Assembly: GCA_902769185.1 (NCBI GenBank)
Contig: CACXNV010000002.1
Span: forward strand, 347-64,346
Direction: 5' to 3'
Length of the DNA stretch: 64,000 nucleotides
Source of the DNA: an uncultured Erysipelotrichaceae bacterium
GTDB lineage: Bacteria; Bacillota_I; Bacilli_A; RFN20; CAG-826
The notes under the pieces were generated by a model. It made no database searches, was not told the origin of the DNA, and saw only the letters and a program-made list of their open reading frames with translations. Positions 32,581 through 42,143 of the stretch are shown piece after piece. A program made the position numbers and the translations under genes. Within the stretch, counting starts at the first letter, position 1. Each line of letters starts with the position of its first letter.

Positions 32581-35365
32581 GTTAACTAATGTTTCTAAAA
32601 AATATAATGGGCGTTATGTTTTAAAAGATGTTTCTTTAACTTTTCCAAGGTTTGGACTAGTGATTATAAACGGTCCTTCAGGATGTGGAAAGACTACATT
32701 ATTAAATATACTCAGCACTCTATTAAGCTTTTCTGGGGATATTTCTTTTGACGGGAAATCCTATCAATATTTAAGTGAAGATGAAAAAGAATTAATTAGA
32801 AGTCGAAAGTTAGGCTTCTTATTTCAGGACTATAAGTTATTTGAATACGAAACAGTTAAAGCAAATATTGAATTAGCCTTAGATATTTCTTGTGGAGATA
32901 AAAAATCCAAAAAAGATAAAAGGATTAAAGACTTATTAAGACTAGTTGGTCTATCCAAAAAAGAAAACCAACTAGTTTCTAATCTTTCCGGAGGAGAAAA
33001 GCAAAGGGTAGGACTAGCTAGGGCAATTGCAAATTCCCCGTTAATTTTATTAGCGGATGAACCAACCGGTAATTTAGATGAGCATAATAGTGAAATAGTG
33101 ATGTCACTTTTAGAAAAGATTAGTTCTTCTTCTTTAGTAATAATGGTGTCTCATGATATTGCATTAAGCGAAAAATATGCAGATCAGATTATTAAAATGC
33201 GCGACGGGAAAGTTGTAGACGTTATCTATCAAAGTAAAAAGAAACATCAAGAATATTTGCCGGTTTTAAATTTAACTCATAAAACAAAAACTAGGTTACT
33301 TCCTTTTTCTTTCCTTTTTAAGCACACTCTTCATACGGTAAAAAGAAGAAAATGGAGAACTATATTTATAACGTTTGTGACTTCCTTTGGCCTAATTGGG
33401 GTGGGCTTAGCCAGCACATTATCAAATATTATTTCCTCTAATTTATATCGTAGTTATTCTTCTATTTTAGATGATGATCGTCTTATCCTATCTAGTAAAC
33501 AAAATGACATATCTAAAGATATTATTAGTGGCACTGAATATGATGAAGTTATTTCTCTAGCAGAAGACTATAAAGAAGACATTGACTATATTGGTGTTTA
33601 TTATGCTAATGATTTCAATATGATGTTTGATTATAACGTCAGCTATATTGAAAAAGGCAGTCAAATAAAACCGATATCGGGATTAGGAATTTCTGCCATC
33701 AATGAATTTGGACTCGTTAATAAATCATTAGATGTCTATCCAAATAAGTTAACCACTTTAGCAAACGATGAATTTATTTTAAGCTGCCCATTTTCTGTGA
33801 TTAATGAGATATGTTTCCAATTACAAATTGAAAGAACAACGTCGTCATTTAGCAAATATATCGAACATAATGATTTATTTATTACTTTTCTAGTGTCTCA
33901 TAGTGCCTGGCAATATGAAGGTAGTTTCACTTTAAAATTAAAGGGATTTTGTTTGTCTAATCAGGTATTAATTTATCATTCAAATCCAATTTGGAATGAA
34001 TATATTTTAGAAAACAAATTAACTCTTCCAACCACTAATTATTTAAACATTAATAGTGAACATCCTTGGGATTTAAAGAAAGCCTATTATTTATCGTTTA
34101 AGCAAAATAAAGATAAGTTTATTAAAGAACATCGATTTGATTTTAAATATCATAATTATGACTTTGAGATACTCACAAGTGAGTATTATCCTATTTTATA
34201 TAACGGGTATGAGCCATTTGATTGTCCTAGATTATTAGTGATTAATCGCTCTAGGAAAGATTATCTTCCTTCTTTTATTGGTTCGTTTTGTAAAGAGGGT
34301 AATCACTATATAAAAAGTGTGACTTATGGGTGTAGTAATGCTTATGCAATATATGATCGAAGTTTAATGGTGGGATTTTCTAAAAGTAGCTATTTATCTA
34401 GCAGTGAAGTTAGCATTTATGATGTAGTTGATTTACTTAGTTACGTCCGCTATGAAGATTCGCAGAATGTCTCTTTACCAACTAACACAGTAGAAGGTCA
34501 TTTTTCTAAAAGCAATATTAGTGGATTTTGTTTTGAGCCTTACTACCAATTAATTAGCGGAAGAGAGCCTGTTAACTATCAGGAAATAGTTATTTCATCA
34601 GCGTTACTTGAAAAACTTAATATCACAGAACCTAAAAATAAAACGATTTATTTCACTTTTCCTATTAAAGAGAACTTATTACCTAATGGCTATATTTCTA
34701 GAGATTTCAAAACCGTTCCTTTAAAAATAGTGGGCGTCTCTAATAGCGCTAAACTCGCTCTACATCATGATGAAAGCTGGTCGCTTTTATTTTTCCAGTG
34801 CATGCTTGGGGTATCAACTTTTGATTTGAATGTTGAAAACTTTGCTCTTCAAATTGATACCGCTCACGAAAATGAAGTGATTAATTTCGTTAATCGGGCT
34901 TTCCCACAATATGAGATTTATTCGCCTTTAAAAGACGTCAAAAATAGTGTTGATGAAATCTGTGGATATATCGAATTAATTTTATTAGTGGTCTCAATTT
35001 CTAGCGTTTTAATTGCGAGCTTAATTCTATTTATTTGTAATTATCTGCATTTTTTAGAGGTGAAAAAAGATATTGGATTAGTAAGGTGTTTAGGAAGTAA
35101 AAAGAGTCAAAGCAAGAAATTCATTTATTTTCATTCTTTTATCATGACTAGTTTTTCTTTAATGCTTTCGATTATTGAGTTATTAATAATCTCTTTTGTT
35201 TTATCTAAAACTTTAGCGAGCTCATTACATATTCAGTCGATGTTTGTTTTTAATCCAATGTCAGTTATTTATATGATTTTAGTGGATACATTTATCTCTT
35301 TAATTAGCTCTATTTTGATTTCTAGGAAGATATCAAAAATCCCTCCTCTGGAGTGTTTACAGTAA
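32573..35365 (+). CDS. MacB-type fused ABC transporter paralog with a ~500-aa extracytoplasmic domain
   Basis: Walker A GPSGCGKTT, signature LSGGEKQRVGLARA, Walker B LLADEPTGNLD. Topology is TM1 - long loop - 3 TM. The start overlaps the upstream stop by 8 nt. Confidence 0.85.
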   Translation: MIELTNVSKKYNGRYVLKDVSLTFPRFGLVIINGPSGCGKTTLLNILSTLLSFSGDISFDGKSYQYLSEDEKELIRSRKLGFLFQDYKLFEYETVKANIELALDISCGDKKSKKDKRIKDLLRLVGLSKKENQLVSNLSGGEKQRVGLARAIANSPLILLADEPTGNLDEHNSEIVMSLLEKISSSSLVIMVSHDIALSEKYADQIIKMRDGKVVDVIYQSKKKHQEYLPVLNLTHKTKTRLLPFSFLFKHTLHTVKRRKWRTIFITFVTSFGLIGVGLASTLSNIISSNLYRSYSSILDDDRLILSSKQNDISKDIISGTEYDEVISLAEDYKEDIDYIGVYYANDFNMMFDYNVSYIEKGSQIKPISGLGISAINEFGLVNKSLDVYPNKLTTLANDEFILSCPFSVINEICFQLQIERTTSSFSKYIEHNDLFITFLVSHSAWQYEGSFTLKLKGFCLSNQVLIYHSNPIWNEYILENKLTLPTTNYLNINSEHPWDLKKAYYLSFKQNKDKFIKEHRFDFKYHNYDFEILTSEYYPILYNGYEPFDCPRLLVINRSRKDYLPSFIGSFCKEGNHYIKSVTYGCSNAYAIYDRSLMVGFSKSSYLSSSEVSIYDVVDLLSYVRYEDSQNVSLPTNTVEGHFSKSNISGFCFEPYYQLISGREPVNYQEIVISSALLEKLNITEPKNKTIYFTFPIKENLLPNGYISRDFKTVPLKIVGVSNSAKLALHHDESWSLLFFQCMLGVSTFDLNVENFALQIDTAHENEVINFVNRAFPQYEIYSPLKDVKNSVDEICGYIELILLVVSISSVLIASLILFICNYLHFLEVKKDIGLVRCLGSKKSQSKKFIYFHSFIMTSFSLMLSIIELLIISFVLSKTLASSLHIQSMFVFNPMSVIYMILVDTFISLISSILISRKISKIPPLECLQ

Positions 35366-35393
35366 AATAGGACCATAAAATTATATTTTACCT

Positions 35394-35421
35394 TTGTCTT
35401 ATAGATAAATTTGAATATAAT
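35394..35421 (+). promoter_or_regulatory. Candidate sigma-A promoter of ychF
   Basis: TTGTCT (35394-35399), 16-nt spacer, TATAAT (35416-35421). The predicted TSS near 35428 argues for the ATG at 35446 as the start. Confidence 0.5.
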
Positions 35422-35445
35422 ATTCAATTGGAAGTAGAACTTATT

Positions 35446-36561
35446 ATGGGATTAAAAGCTGGAATTGTTGGATTACCTAATGTTGGTAAATCTACATTAT
35501 TTAATGCGATTACTAATTCGCATGTTGAAGCCGCTAATTATCCTTTTGCCACTATCAATCCAAATACTAGAATCGTTGAAGTTCCAGATGAAAGATTAGA
35601 TTTCTTGGTTAATGTATTTAAACCAGTTAGAACGATTCCTGCAACAATCGAATTTTATGACATTGCTGGATTAGTTAGAGGAGCCTCTAAAGGAGAAGGA
35701 TTAGGAAACCAATTCCTATCTCATATTAGAGAATGTGATGCAATTGTGGAAGTGGTGAGATGTTTTAATAATGCGGATATCATTCACGTTGAAGGAGATG
35801 TCGACCCAATTCGAGATATTGAAGTTATTAATCTTGAACTTGTGATGGCGGATCTAGAAACAGTCACTCGAAGAATTGAAAAGATTGAAAATAAAGCGCG
35901 TATCTTAAAAGATAAAGACTCAGTAATGGAGATGAGTTGTTTAACTCCTCTTAAAGAAGCCTTAACTAATGGAGTCGCTGCTAGAAACGTTCCTTTAACT
36001 CAAGAACAAGAAGAAGTGGTTTATAGTTATCATTTATTAACTAAAAAGCCAATTATTTATGTCGCTAATGTCGGTGAAGAGGATTTATTAGATATCTCTA
36101 ACTGCGCTAATTTTAACAAAGTTAAAGAATATGCTTCTAAAGAACATAACGAAGTAATTCCTGTGAGCTGTGAGATTGAATCTCAACTCTCAGAATTATC
36201 TAAAGAAGAAAAAGTAGAATTCTTAAAAGATTTAGGAATTGAAACTAGTGGTCTATCTCAATTAATTAAGGCTACTTATAAATTATTGAATTTATCTACA
36301 TTCTTTACAGTCGGGGCGGATGAATGCCGTGCTTGGACATTTACTAACGGATATAGTGCTCCTAAATGTGCTGGAATCATTCATACTGATTTTGAACGTG
36401 GATTTATCTGCGCTGAAGTATATACGTATGAAGCCATTCATGAATTGGGTAGTGAATTAGCAGTAAAAGAAGCAGGTAAGATGCGTACCGAAGGTAAAGG
36501 ATATTTCCCAAAAGATGGAGATATCATGTTCTTTAAATTTAATGTATCGGGTAAAAAATAA
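35446..36561 (+). CDS. ychF: Ribosome-binding ATPase YchF
   Basis: MGLKAGIVGLPNVGKSTLFNA N-terminus and a TGS-like C-terminus. Start moved from the TTG at 35428 to the ATG at 35446. Confidence 0.95.
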   Translation: MGLKAGIVGLPNVGKSTLFNAITNSHVEAANYPFATINPNTRIVEVPDERLDFLVNVFKPVRTIPATIEFYDIAGLVRGASKGEGLGNQFLSHIRECDAIVEVVRCFNNADIIHVEGDVDPIRDIEVINLELVMADLETVTRRIEKIENKARILKDKDSVMEMSCLTPLKEALTNGVAARNVPLTQEQEEVVYSYHLLTKKPIIYVANVGEEDLLDISNCANFNKVKEYASKEHNEVIPVSCEIESQLSELSKEEKVEFLKDLGIETSGLSQLIKATYKLLNLSTFFTVGADECRAWTFTNGYSAPKCAGIIHTDFERGFICAEVYTYEAIHELGSELAVKEAGKMRTEGKGYFPKDGDIMFFKFNVSGKK

Positions 36562-37055
36562 TGGAATATCGTGTTGGCTTTTCTAAAGATATCCATCGTT
36601 TAGTGGAGAATAGAAAACTTATCATTGCAGGAGTAGTGATTCCTTTTGAATTAGGAGAACTTGCTCATAGTGATGGAGATGTTTTATATCACGCTTTAGC
36701 GGAGTCAATTTTAGGAGCTCTAGCTCTAGGAGATTTAGGAAAACATTTTCCAGATACCTCTAAAGATACTTTAGATATGGATAGTAGTCTTATCGTTAAA
36801 GAAGTAGTGAAAATGATGAAAGAAAAAGGCTATCAAGTTAATAATGTTGATATCTTTGTTTCTTTAGAAAAACCTAAACTTAAAGACTACATTGCTCAAA
36901 TGAGAAATAATGTTGCTTCTTTATTAGAAATTAGTGTTGATCAAGTTTCTATAAAAGCGGGCACTAATGAAGGATGTGGGGAAGTCGGAAAAGGTGAAGC
37001 GATTGAAGCTACATCGATGATTATGTTAAAAAAAGTTATTGCTAATATTAATTAG
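36561..37055 (+). CDS. ispF: 2-C-methyl-D-erythritol 2,4-cyclodiphosphate synthase
   Basis: GFSKDIHRL..., HSDGDVLYHAL and LGDLGKHFPD motifs. Confidence 0.9.
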   Translation: MEYRVGFSKDIHRLVENRKLIIAGVVIPFELGELAHSDGDVLYHALAESILGALALGDLGKHFPDTSKDTLDMDSSLIVKEVVKMMKEKGYQVNNVDIFVSLEKPKLKDYIAQMRNNVASLLEISVDQVSIKAGTNEGCGEVGKGEAIEATSMIMLKKVIANIN

Positions 37056-37082
37056 TAATAAGTATAATTTTGTGTTAAAAAT

Positions 37083-38699
37083 ATGGAAATTAAAGAAAGC
37101 TTAAAACTTAATATTCAACAAGCATTAAAATCTCTTAATGTTGATTTAGCTTTAGATCAAATTATCATTGAAAATTCTAAAGATCCTGCTCATGGAGATT
37201 TTGCAAGTAACGTCGCTATGAAGTCTTGCCGATTCTTTGGAAAGTCTCCAAAAGAAGTTGCTGAATTAATCGTAAGTAAACTTGATTTAACTAGTATTGA
37301 GAAAGTTGAAATTGCAGGTCCTGGATTTATTAATTTCTTTATGAAAAATGATTCTTTAAGCGCTTTGGTTAATAAGATTATCGTTAAAAACGATAATTAT
37401 GGACGAGGCGAAAAGAAAAATCAAAAGATTAATGTCGAATTTGTTTCCGCTAATCCGACTGGTGATTTACATGTTGGACACGCTCGAGGAGCGGCTATTG
37501 GAGACGCTATCAGTCGTATTTTAACTTTCGATGGATATGATGTAACTAGAGAATACTATATTAATGATGCTGGTAATCAAATTGATCACTTAGGTGAATC
37601 ATTAATTGAAAGATATAAAGAAATTTTAGGCTTACCATTTGCTCTTCCTGAAGATGGATATCACGGGGAAGATGTAAAGTTAGTGGCGAAACGCATCTAT
37701 AATGAATTTGGTCCCGATTTATTATCTAAATCTGACTACTTTGAATTTTTCAAAGAAAAAGGTATGGAATTCGAATTAGATAAAATCAAAGAAGACCTTA
37801 AAAACTACAACATCGTCTTTGATGTTTTCTCTTCTGAAAAGAAGATTAGAGCCGGTGGAGCGGTTGAAAAAGAAATCGAATATCTAAAAGAACATATTTA
37901 TGAAGATGGTGGTGCGCTTGTTTTAAAAACAACCGACTATTTAGATGACAAAGACCGTGTTATTAGAAAAAGTAATGGTGAATATACCTATTTCATGCCT
38001 GATATTGTTTATCATGTAAATAAGATGAGCCGCGGGTTTGATCAATTAATTGATGTACTAGGTGCGGACCATCACGGTTATATTAACCGTATGAAATCTG
38101 CTTTAATGATGCATGGATATTCTCCTGATTCCTTACAAGTTGAATTAATTCAAATGGTGAGAATGATGAAGGACAGAGAAGAGTTTAAACTTTCTAAACG
38201 TACCGGTAACGGATATACATTACGTGAGTTATGCGAGGACGCTGGGGTTGACGCTGCTAGATATTTCTTTGTCATGAGAAACGCTAGTGGACATTTAGAC
38301 TTTGATTTAGACTTAGCGGTTAAACAAAGTAGCGATAACCCTGTTTATTACGCTCAATACGCTCACGCTAGACTATGCTCAATTTTAGCTAGTGCTGAAG
38401 ATATTAAAATTAATGAATCCCCAGCATTAACTATGCCAAGCGAATTAGACTTAGCGAAAACCTTATCTAATTTCCCAGATGTAGTTAAGACTGCATCTAA
38501 AGAAAGAGCCCCTTATAAAATTACTAACTACATTCATGAAGTCGCAGAAAAAATACATGCCTTCTATACTGAATGTCGAGTTATAGATCGAGATAACTTA
38601 AGCGTTACCTCAAATAGATTAGGCCTATGCCTAGCCTCTAAAATTGTTATGAAAAACGCATTATCTTTAGTGGGTGTATCTGCACCTACAAGAATGTAA
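37083..38699 (+). CDS. argS: Arginine--tRNA ligase
   Basis: Class I HIGH-like SANPTGDLHVGHARG, and a KMSKR-type region (FKLSKRTGN). 538 aa. Confidence 0.95.
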   Translation: MEIKESLKLNIQQALKSLNVDLALDQIIIENSKDPAHGDFASNVAMKSCRFFGKSPKEVAELIVSKLDLTSIEKVEIAGPGFINFFMKNDSLSALVNKIIVKNDNYGRGEKKNQKINVEFVSANPTGDLHVGHARGAAIGDAISRILTFDGYDVTREYYINDAGNQIDHLGESLIERYKEILGLPFALPEDGYHGEDVKLVAKRIYNEFGPDLLSKSDYFEFFKEKGMEFELDKIKEDLKNYNIVFDVFSSEKKIRAGGAVEKEIEYLKEHIYEDGGALVLKTTDYLDDKDRVIRKSNGEYTYFMPDIVYHVNKMSRGFDQLIDVLGADHHGYINRMKSALMMHGYSPDSLQVELIQMVRMMKDREEFKLSKRTGNGYTLRELCEDAGVDAARYFFVMRNASGHLDFDLDLAVKQSSDNPVYYAQYAHARLCSILASAEDIKINESPALTMPSELDLAKTLSNFPDVVKTASKERAPYKITNYIHEVAEKIHAFYTECRVIDRDNLSVTSNRLGLCLASKIVMKNALSLVGVSAPTRM

Positions 38700-38713
38700 G
38701 AAAGGAGACATTT

Positions 38714-39103
38714 ATGTCTAAATCTTTAATTGAACATGCTTATGAATTTGTTTCTAAGCACAAAGAATCAGTCAACTTCAAAGAAATCTGGGAGTATGTT
38801 AAAAAAGAAGCCGGATTAAGCGAAGAACAAGCAAGTGCGAAGGTTGGTCAATTCTTCACCAACATGATGCTTGATGGACGTTTCATTACTCTTGGAGAAA
38901 ATGAATGGGACTTAAGAGAAAGACATGTCTTTGATAAAGTCCACATCGATATGAGAGACGTCTATAGTGATGTTCAAACTAGCGATGATGATATCGAAGA
39001 GAAAGACGAAGAAGAAGAGGAATACAACAAAGTATTCGAAGATGAATCTACTTCTGAAACTGATGAAGAACCTGAAGAAAAGGATGAATTATCCGAAAAC
39101 TAA
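38714..39103 (+). CDS. rpoE: RNA polymerase delta subunit
   Basis: Structured N-terminal HARE-HTH-like domain (FKEIWEYV...DGRFITLGENEWDLRE) followed by a strongly acidic tail. Confidence 0.85.
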   Translation: MSKSLIEHAYEFVSKHKESVNFKEIWEYVKKEAGLSEEQASAKVGQFFTNMMLDGRFITLGENEWDLRERHVFDKVHIDMRDVYSDVQTSDDDIEEKDEEEEEYNKVFEDESTSETDEEPEEKDELSEN

Positions 39104-39112
39104 TTTAGGATT

Positions 39113-40066
39113 ATGTTTGAACAAATTTGGGATTTAATTAAAAAGAATGACTCTATCGTGATTTATGGTCATATAAATCCTGATGGAGATTGCTATGGTT
39201 CACAAGTTGGTTTAAAAGAAATCATTCTTGCAAATTTACCAGGTAAACAAGTCTATATTACCGGATCTGGAGTTCCTCCATTTTTCGATGTGATTTGTAA
39301 GATGGATGAAGTTAGTGATGAGACTATTAAAAATAGTTTAGCGATTATTGTTGACGGCAATGATTTAGCAAGAATGGAAGATTCTCGAATCTTCACCGCT
39401 AAAGAATTTGCTAAAATCGATCATCACATTGATACTGGCACCTTTAAAGAAGGACCATTCATTGTTGATGTCGATGCTAATAGTACTTGTGACATTATTA
39501 CTGGCTTAGCGATTGAACATAATCTTAAGTTAACTAAATTAGGCGCTAACGCATTATATCTTGGTATTCTTACCGATAGCGCTAGATTCCAATTTGTTTC
39601 AAATTTCCCTCAAACATTTGAAAGAGCGAAATTTTTATGCGAACATGGCGCTAATCCAAATAAGATTAATCGAGTTTTATCAAAATCTGATGAAATCTCC
39701 TTAGCGGCCAAAGGCTATGTTATGTCTCACTATAAGAAATCTAAAGAAGGTGTTATTTCTATTGTTTTAGATCGTCACACCTTAAAAGAATTAAACATCT
39801 CCGCTAACCATGCCTCTAATTTAATTAATTTATTAGGAAACATTGAAGGCTATCCTATTTGGTGTTCCTTTGCTGAATATGCAGATGGGAGAGTAAGAGC
39901 GGAATTCAGAAGTAATGGTCCGCTAGTTCAACCAGTCGCTGTTAGTGTTGGTGGAGGAGGACACGCTCACGCTAGTGGAGCGCAACTCCCATCTTTAGAC
40001 TATGATCAAATCGATGTTATTATTCGTAAACTAGATCAAGCAATAATTAACTGGAGAAATAAGTAA
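39113..40066 (+). CDS. nrnA: DHH/DHHA1 phosphoesterase (NrnA-like oligoribonuclease / pAp phosphatase)
   Basis: GHINPDGDCYGS, IDHHID (DHH) and GGGGHAHASGA (DHHA1 GGGH) motifs. Confidence 0.8.
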   Translation: MFEQIWDLIKKNDSIVIYGHINPDGDCYGSQVGLKEIILANLPGKQVYITGSGVPPFFDVICKMDEVSDETIKNSLAIIVDGNDLARMEDSRIFTAKEFAKIDHHIDTGTFKEGPFIVDVDANSTCDIITGLAIEHNLKLTKLGANALYLGILTDSARFQFVSNFPQTFERAKFLCEHGANPNKINRVLSKSDEISLAAKGYVMSHYKKSKEGVISIVLDRHTLKELNISANHASNLINLLGNIEGYPIWCSFAEYADGRVRAEFRSNGPLVQPVAVSVGGGGHAHASGAQLPSLDYDQIDVIIRKLDQAIINWRNK

Positions 40067-40068
40067 TT

Positions 40069-40845
40069 ATGTGGGAAAAAGAATTACAAGCCGCTATTGA
40101 AGCTGGCCTATTAGCCAAAAAGAAAATCATGGAGATTTATGCCAAACATTTTGATGTCGAAATCAAAGACGATAATTCTCCTGTGACAATTGCTGATAAA
40201 AGCGCTGATGAAATCATTAGAAATTATTTACATGAATTGTTCCCTGCTCATGCTTTCTTAACCGAAGAAAGTACTGATAATCTTGATAGATTAAAAAATG
40301 ATTTTGTTTGGATTGTTGACCCAGTTGATGGCACCAAAGATTTTGTGGCAAAAGACGGAGAATTTACTACCAATATTGCTTTAGCTTATAAACATGAATT
40401 AGTAGTGGGTGTAGTTATTGCTCCTGCTATTGATGAAATCTATTTTGCTTCTAAAGGAAATGGTAGTTATTTCCAAAAAGGAAATGAAAAGCCAGTTAGA
40501 ATTCATGTTAATGACAAATTAGAAGATTTAACTATGTTAATTAGTGTCTTCCATTTTAATGATGCGGAAAAAGAATTCATTGAAAAACATAGCGACAAAA
40601 TTAAACATGTTGAAAGAAAAGGTAGTTCTTTAAAACCATGCGCCATCGCCCATGGCTTAGCAGAAATCACCTTAAGAAGAAGCCCAAACACTAAAGAATG
40701 GGATACAGCGGCATGCCAAATCGTTGTCGAAGAAGCAGGCGGCTTATTTATTGAACCGGACGGCTCTCCTATTAAATATAACCGTGAAGATGTTTATAAT
40801 CGTAAAGGCTATATCGTGGTAAACCGCAAAGAAAATTTATTCTAA
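40069..40845 (+). CDS. Inositol-monophosphatase-family phosphatase (CysQ / 3'(2'),5'-bisphosphate nucleotidase-like)
   Basis: LTEES, WIVDPVDGTKDF and WDTAA motifs. Starts 3 nt after the nrnA-like stop. Confidence 0.75.
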   Translation: MWEKELQAAIEAGLLAKKKIMEIYAKHFDVEIKDDNSPVTIADKSADEIIRNYLHELFPAHAFLTEESTDNLDRLKNDFVWIVDPVDGTKDFVAKDGEFTTNIALAYKHELVVGVVIAPAIDEIYFASKGNGSYFQKGNEKPVRIHVNDKLEDLTMLISVFHFNDAEKEFIEKHSDKIKHVERKGSSLKPCAIAHGLAEITLRRSPNTKEWDTAACQIVVEEAGGLFIEPDGSPIKYNREDVYNRKGYIVVNRKENLF

Positions 40846-40864
40846 TTTATATAATAAATTAAAA

Positions 40865-40890
40865 GGACTCGAGTGATCGAGTCCATTTTT
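40865..40890. terminator. Bidirectional hairpin terminator
   Basis: ggactcga gtga tcgagtcc, a perfect 8-bp stem flanked by aaaa on one side and ttttt on the other. Sits between a plus-strand operon end and the minus-strand tRNA-Gln 3' end. Confidence 0.75.
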
Positions 40891-40896
40891 ATTATT

Positions 40897-40971
40897 TGGC
40901 TGGGGTACTTGGGATCGAACCAAGGAATGTCGGAGTCAGAGGCCGATGCCTTACCGCTTGGCTATACCCCA
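40897..40971 (-). tRNA. tRNA-Gln (anticodon CUG as read), CCA encoded
   Basis: The reverse complement folds as a cloverleaf: acceptor TGGGGTA/TACCCCA, D arm GCC-AAGCGGTAA-GGC, anticodon loop CTCTGAC, T arm CTTGG-TTCGATC-CCAAG. One C31-U39 mismatch. Confidence 0.85.
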
Positions 40972-40972
40972 A

Positions 40973-42091
40973 TTATTCCGCAAGTCTCACTTCAACTACA
41001 CCAGGAACTTCTTCTTGTAAAATCACTTCCACAAGATCTTTGATATCGCTATAAGCGTAGGAGCAGCCTTGGCACGCTCCAATCATTTTAACGTAGACAA
41101 TTCCGTCATTAAAGGAAACGAATTCGCAGTCTCCTCCATCTTTTCTTAAGAAGTGTCTTATTTTATCTAGTGTAGAAATAATTAATTTTTCTGTATCGTC
41201 CATAATCTTGTCATCTTTAATTTCCAATTTATATCCGTCATAAGCATCTTTAGCGTTATTTAAGAAATGAGTTGCAACATCTAAGAAATTATAGCCGTGC
41301 TTTTCTCCTTCTCCACGGTAATGCTTAGTGACTGCTACATTATACCACTGAAGTGAGATATAAATCCTCCATAAATAATACCTTTTTATTTGATCCTGGC
41401 TAGGATTATTTAAAAAATACTTATTTAAAAGTTCTCTTCCTTCAGAGACAAATCCATTTCCAAAACAGCTAATATCGTAAATTGGGTCGTTATTTCCAAC
41501 AAATTCAAAATCTATAAAGTAATATTCATTATCAGGGGTTTTGATAATGTTACTTCTTTGAGCGTCATTATGACATAAAGCTTTCTTTTGACTTTCTAAA
41601 TACTCTTTATGCTCAAATAAGAAATCCCTTAACTCTTTATATAAAGGAGAAACTTCTTTTTGATAAGATAAAGCTTCTTTTTCATAGGTTTCAGTAAATC
41701 TTACAAATGGAGCGTAGTCAGTTTTAGATAAAACTGGAGAAGAATGTAAATCTCTAAATAATTGAGCGATCTTTTCATAATCAAAAGAATCGATTTTGTC
41801 TAATGATTGTCCTTCGATAAATTCGTTTATCTTAATACCTTTAGTCTCATCAAAATAGACGTTTTTACTTGTGATACCAATCGCATAAATAATTCTTTGA
41901 TGTTCTTTTTCTAGAGGACGATCAACCATCTCGTTAGCTTGTTCTGTAGAAATATAAAGAACATATTTCTTATTATCTTTATCTTTAATAATATAGGAAA
42001 TATTCATCATTCCACCCACTAAAGGAGAAACGATTTCACTACCCTTACCTAAAACTTTTTCAATTAGAGATTGGATTTCTTCTTTTTTCAT
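40973..42091 (-). CDS. Choline/ethanolamine-kinase-like phosphotransferase fused to a C-terminal NifU/Nfu-type domain
   Basis: Kinase part: GGMMNISY, Brenner motif CHNDAQRSNII, and IDFEFVGNNDPIYDI. C-terminal ~75 aa: LRKDGGDCEFVSFNDGIVYVKMIGACQGCSYAYSDIKDLVEVILQEEVPGV, the Nfu CxxC pattern. Confidence 0.7.
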   Translation of the reverse strand: MKKEEIQSLIEKVLGKGSEIVSPLVGGMMNISYIIKDKDNKKYVLYISTEQANEMVDRPLEKEHQRIIYAIGITSKNVYFDETKGIKINEFIEGQSLDKIDSFDYEKIAQLFRDLHSSPVLSKTDYAPFVRFTETYEKEALSYQKEVSPLYKELRDFLFEHKEYLESQKKALCHNDAQRSNIIKTPDNEYYFIDFEFVGNNDPIYDISCFGNGFVSEGRELLNKYFLNNPSQDQIKRYYLWRIYISLQWYNVAVTKHYRGEGEKHGYNFLDVATHFLNNAKDAYDGYKLEIKDDKIMDDTEKLIISTLDKIRHFLRKDGGDCEFVSFNDGIVYVKMIGACQGCSYAYSDIKDLVEVILQEEVPGVVEVRLAE

Positions 42092-42143
42092 AGCAACTTA
42101 TTATAGCACCTATTTCTTATTTTAATATACAATTATTAATTGT

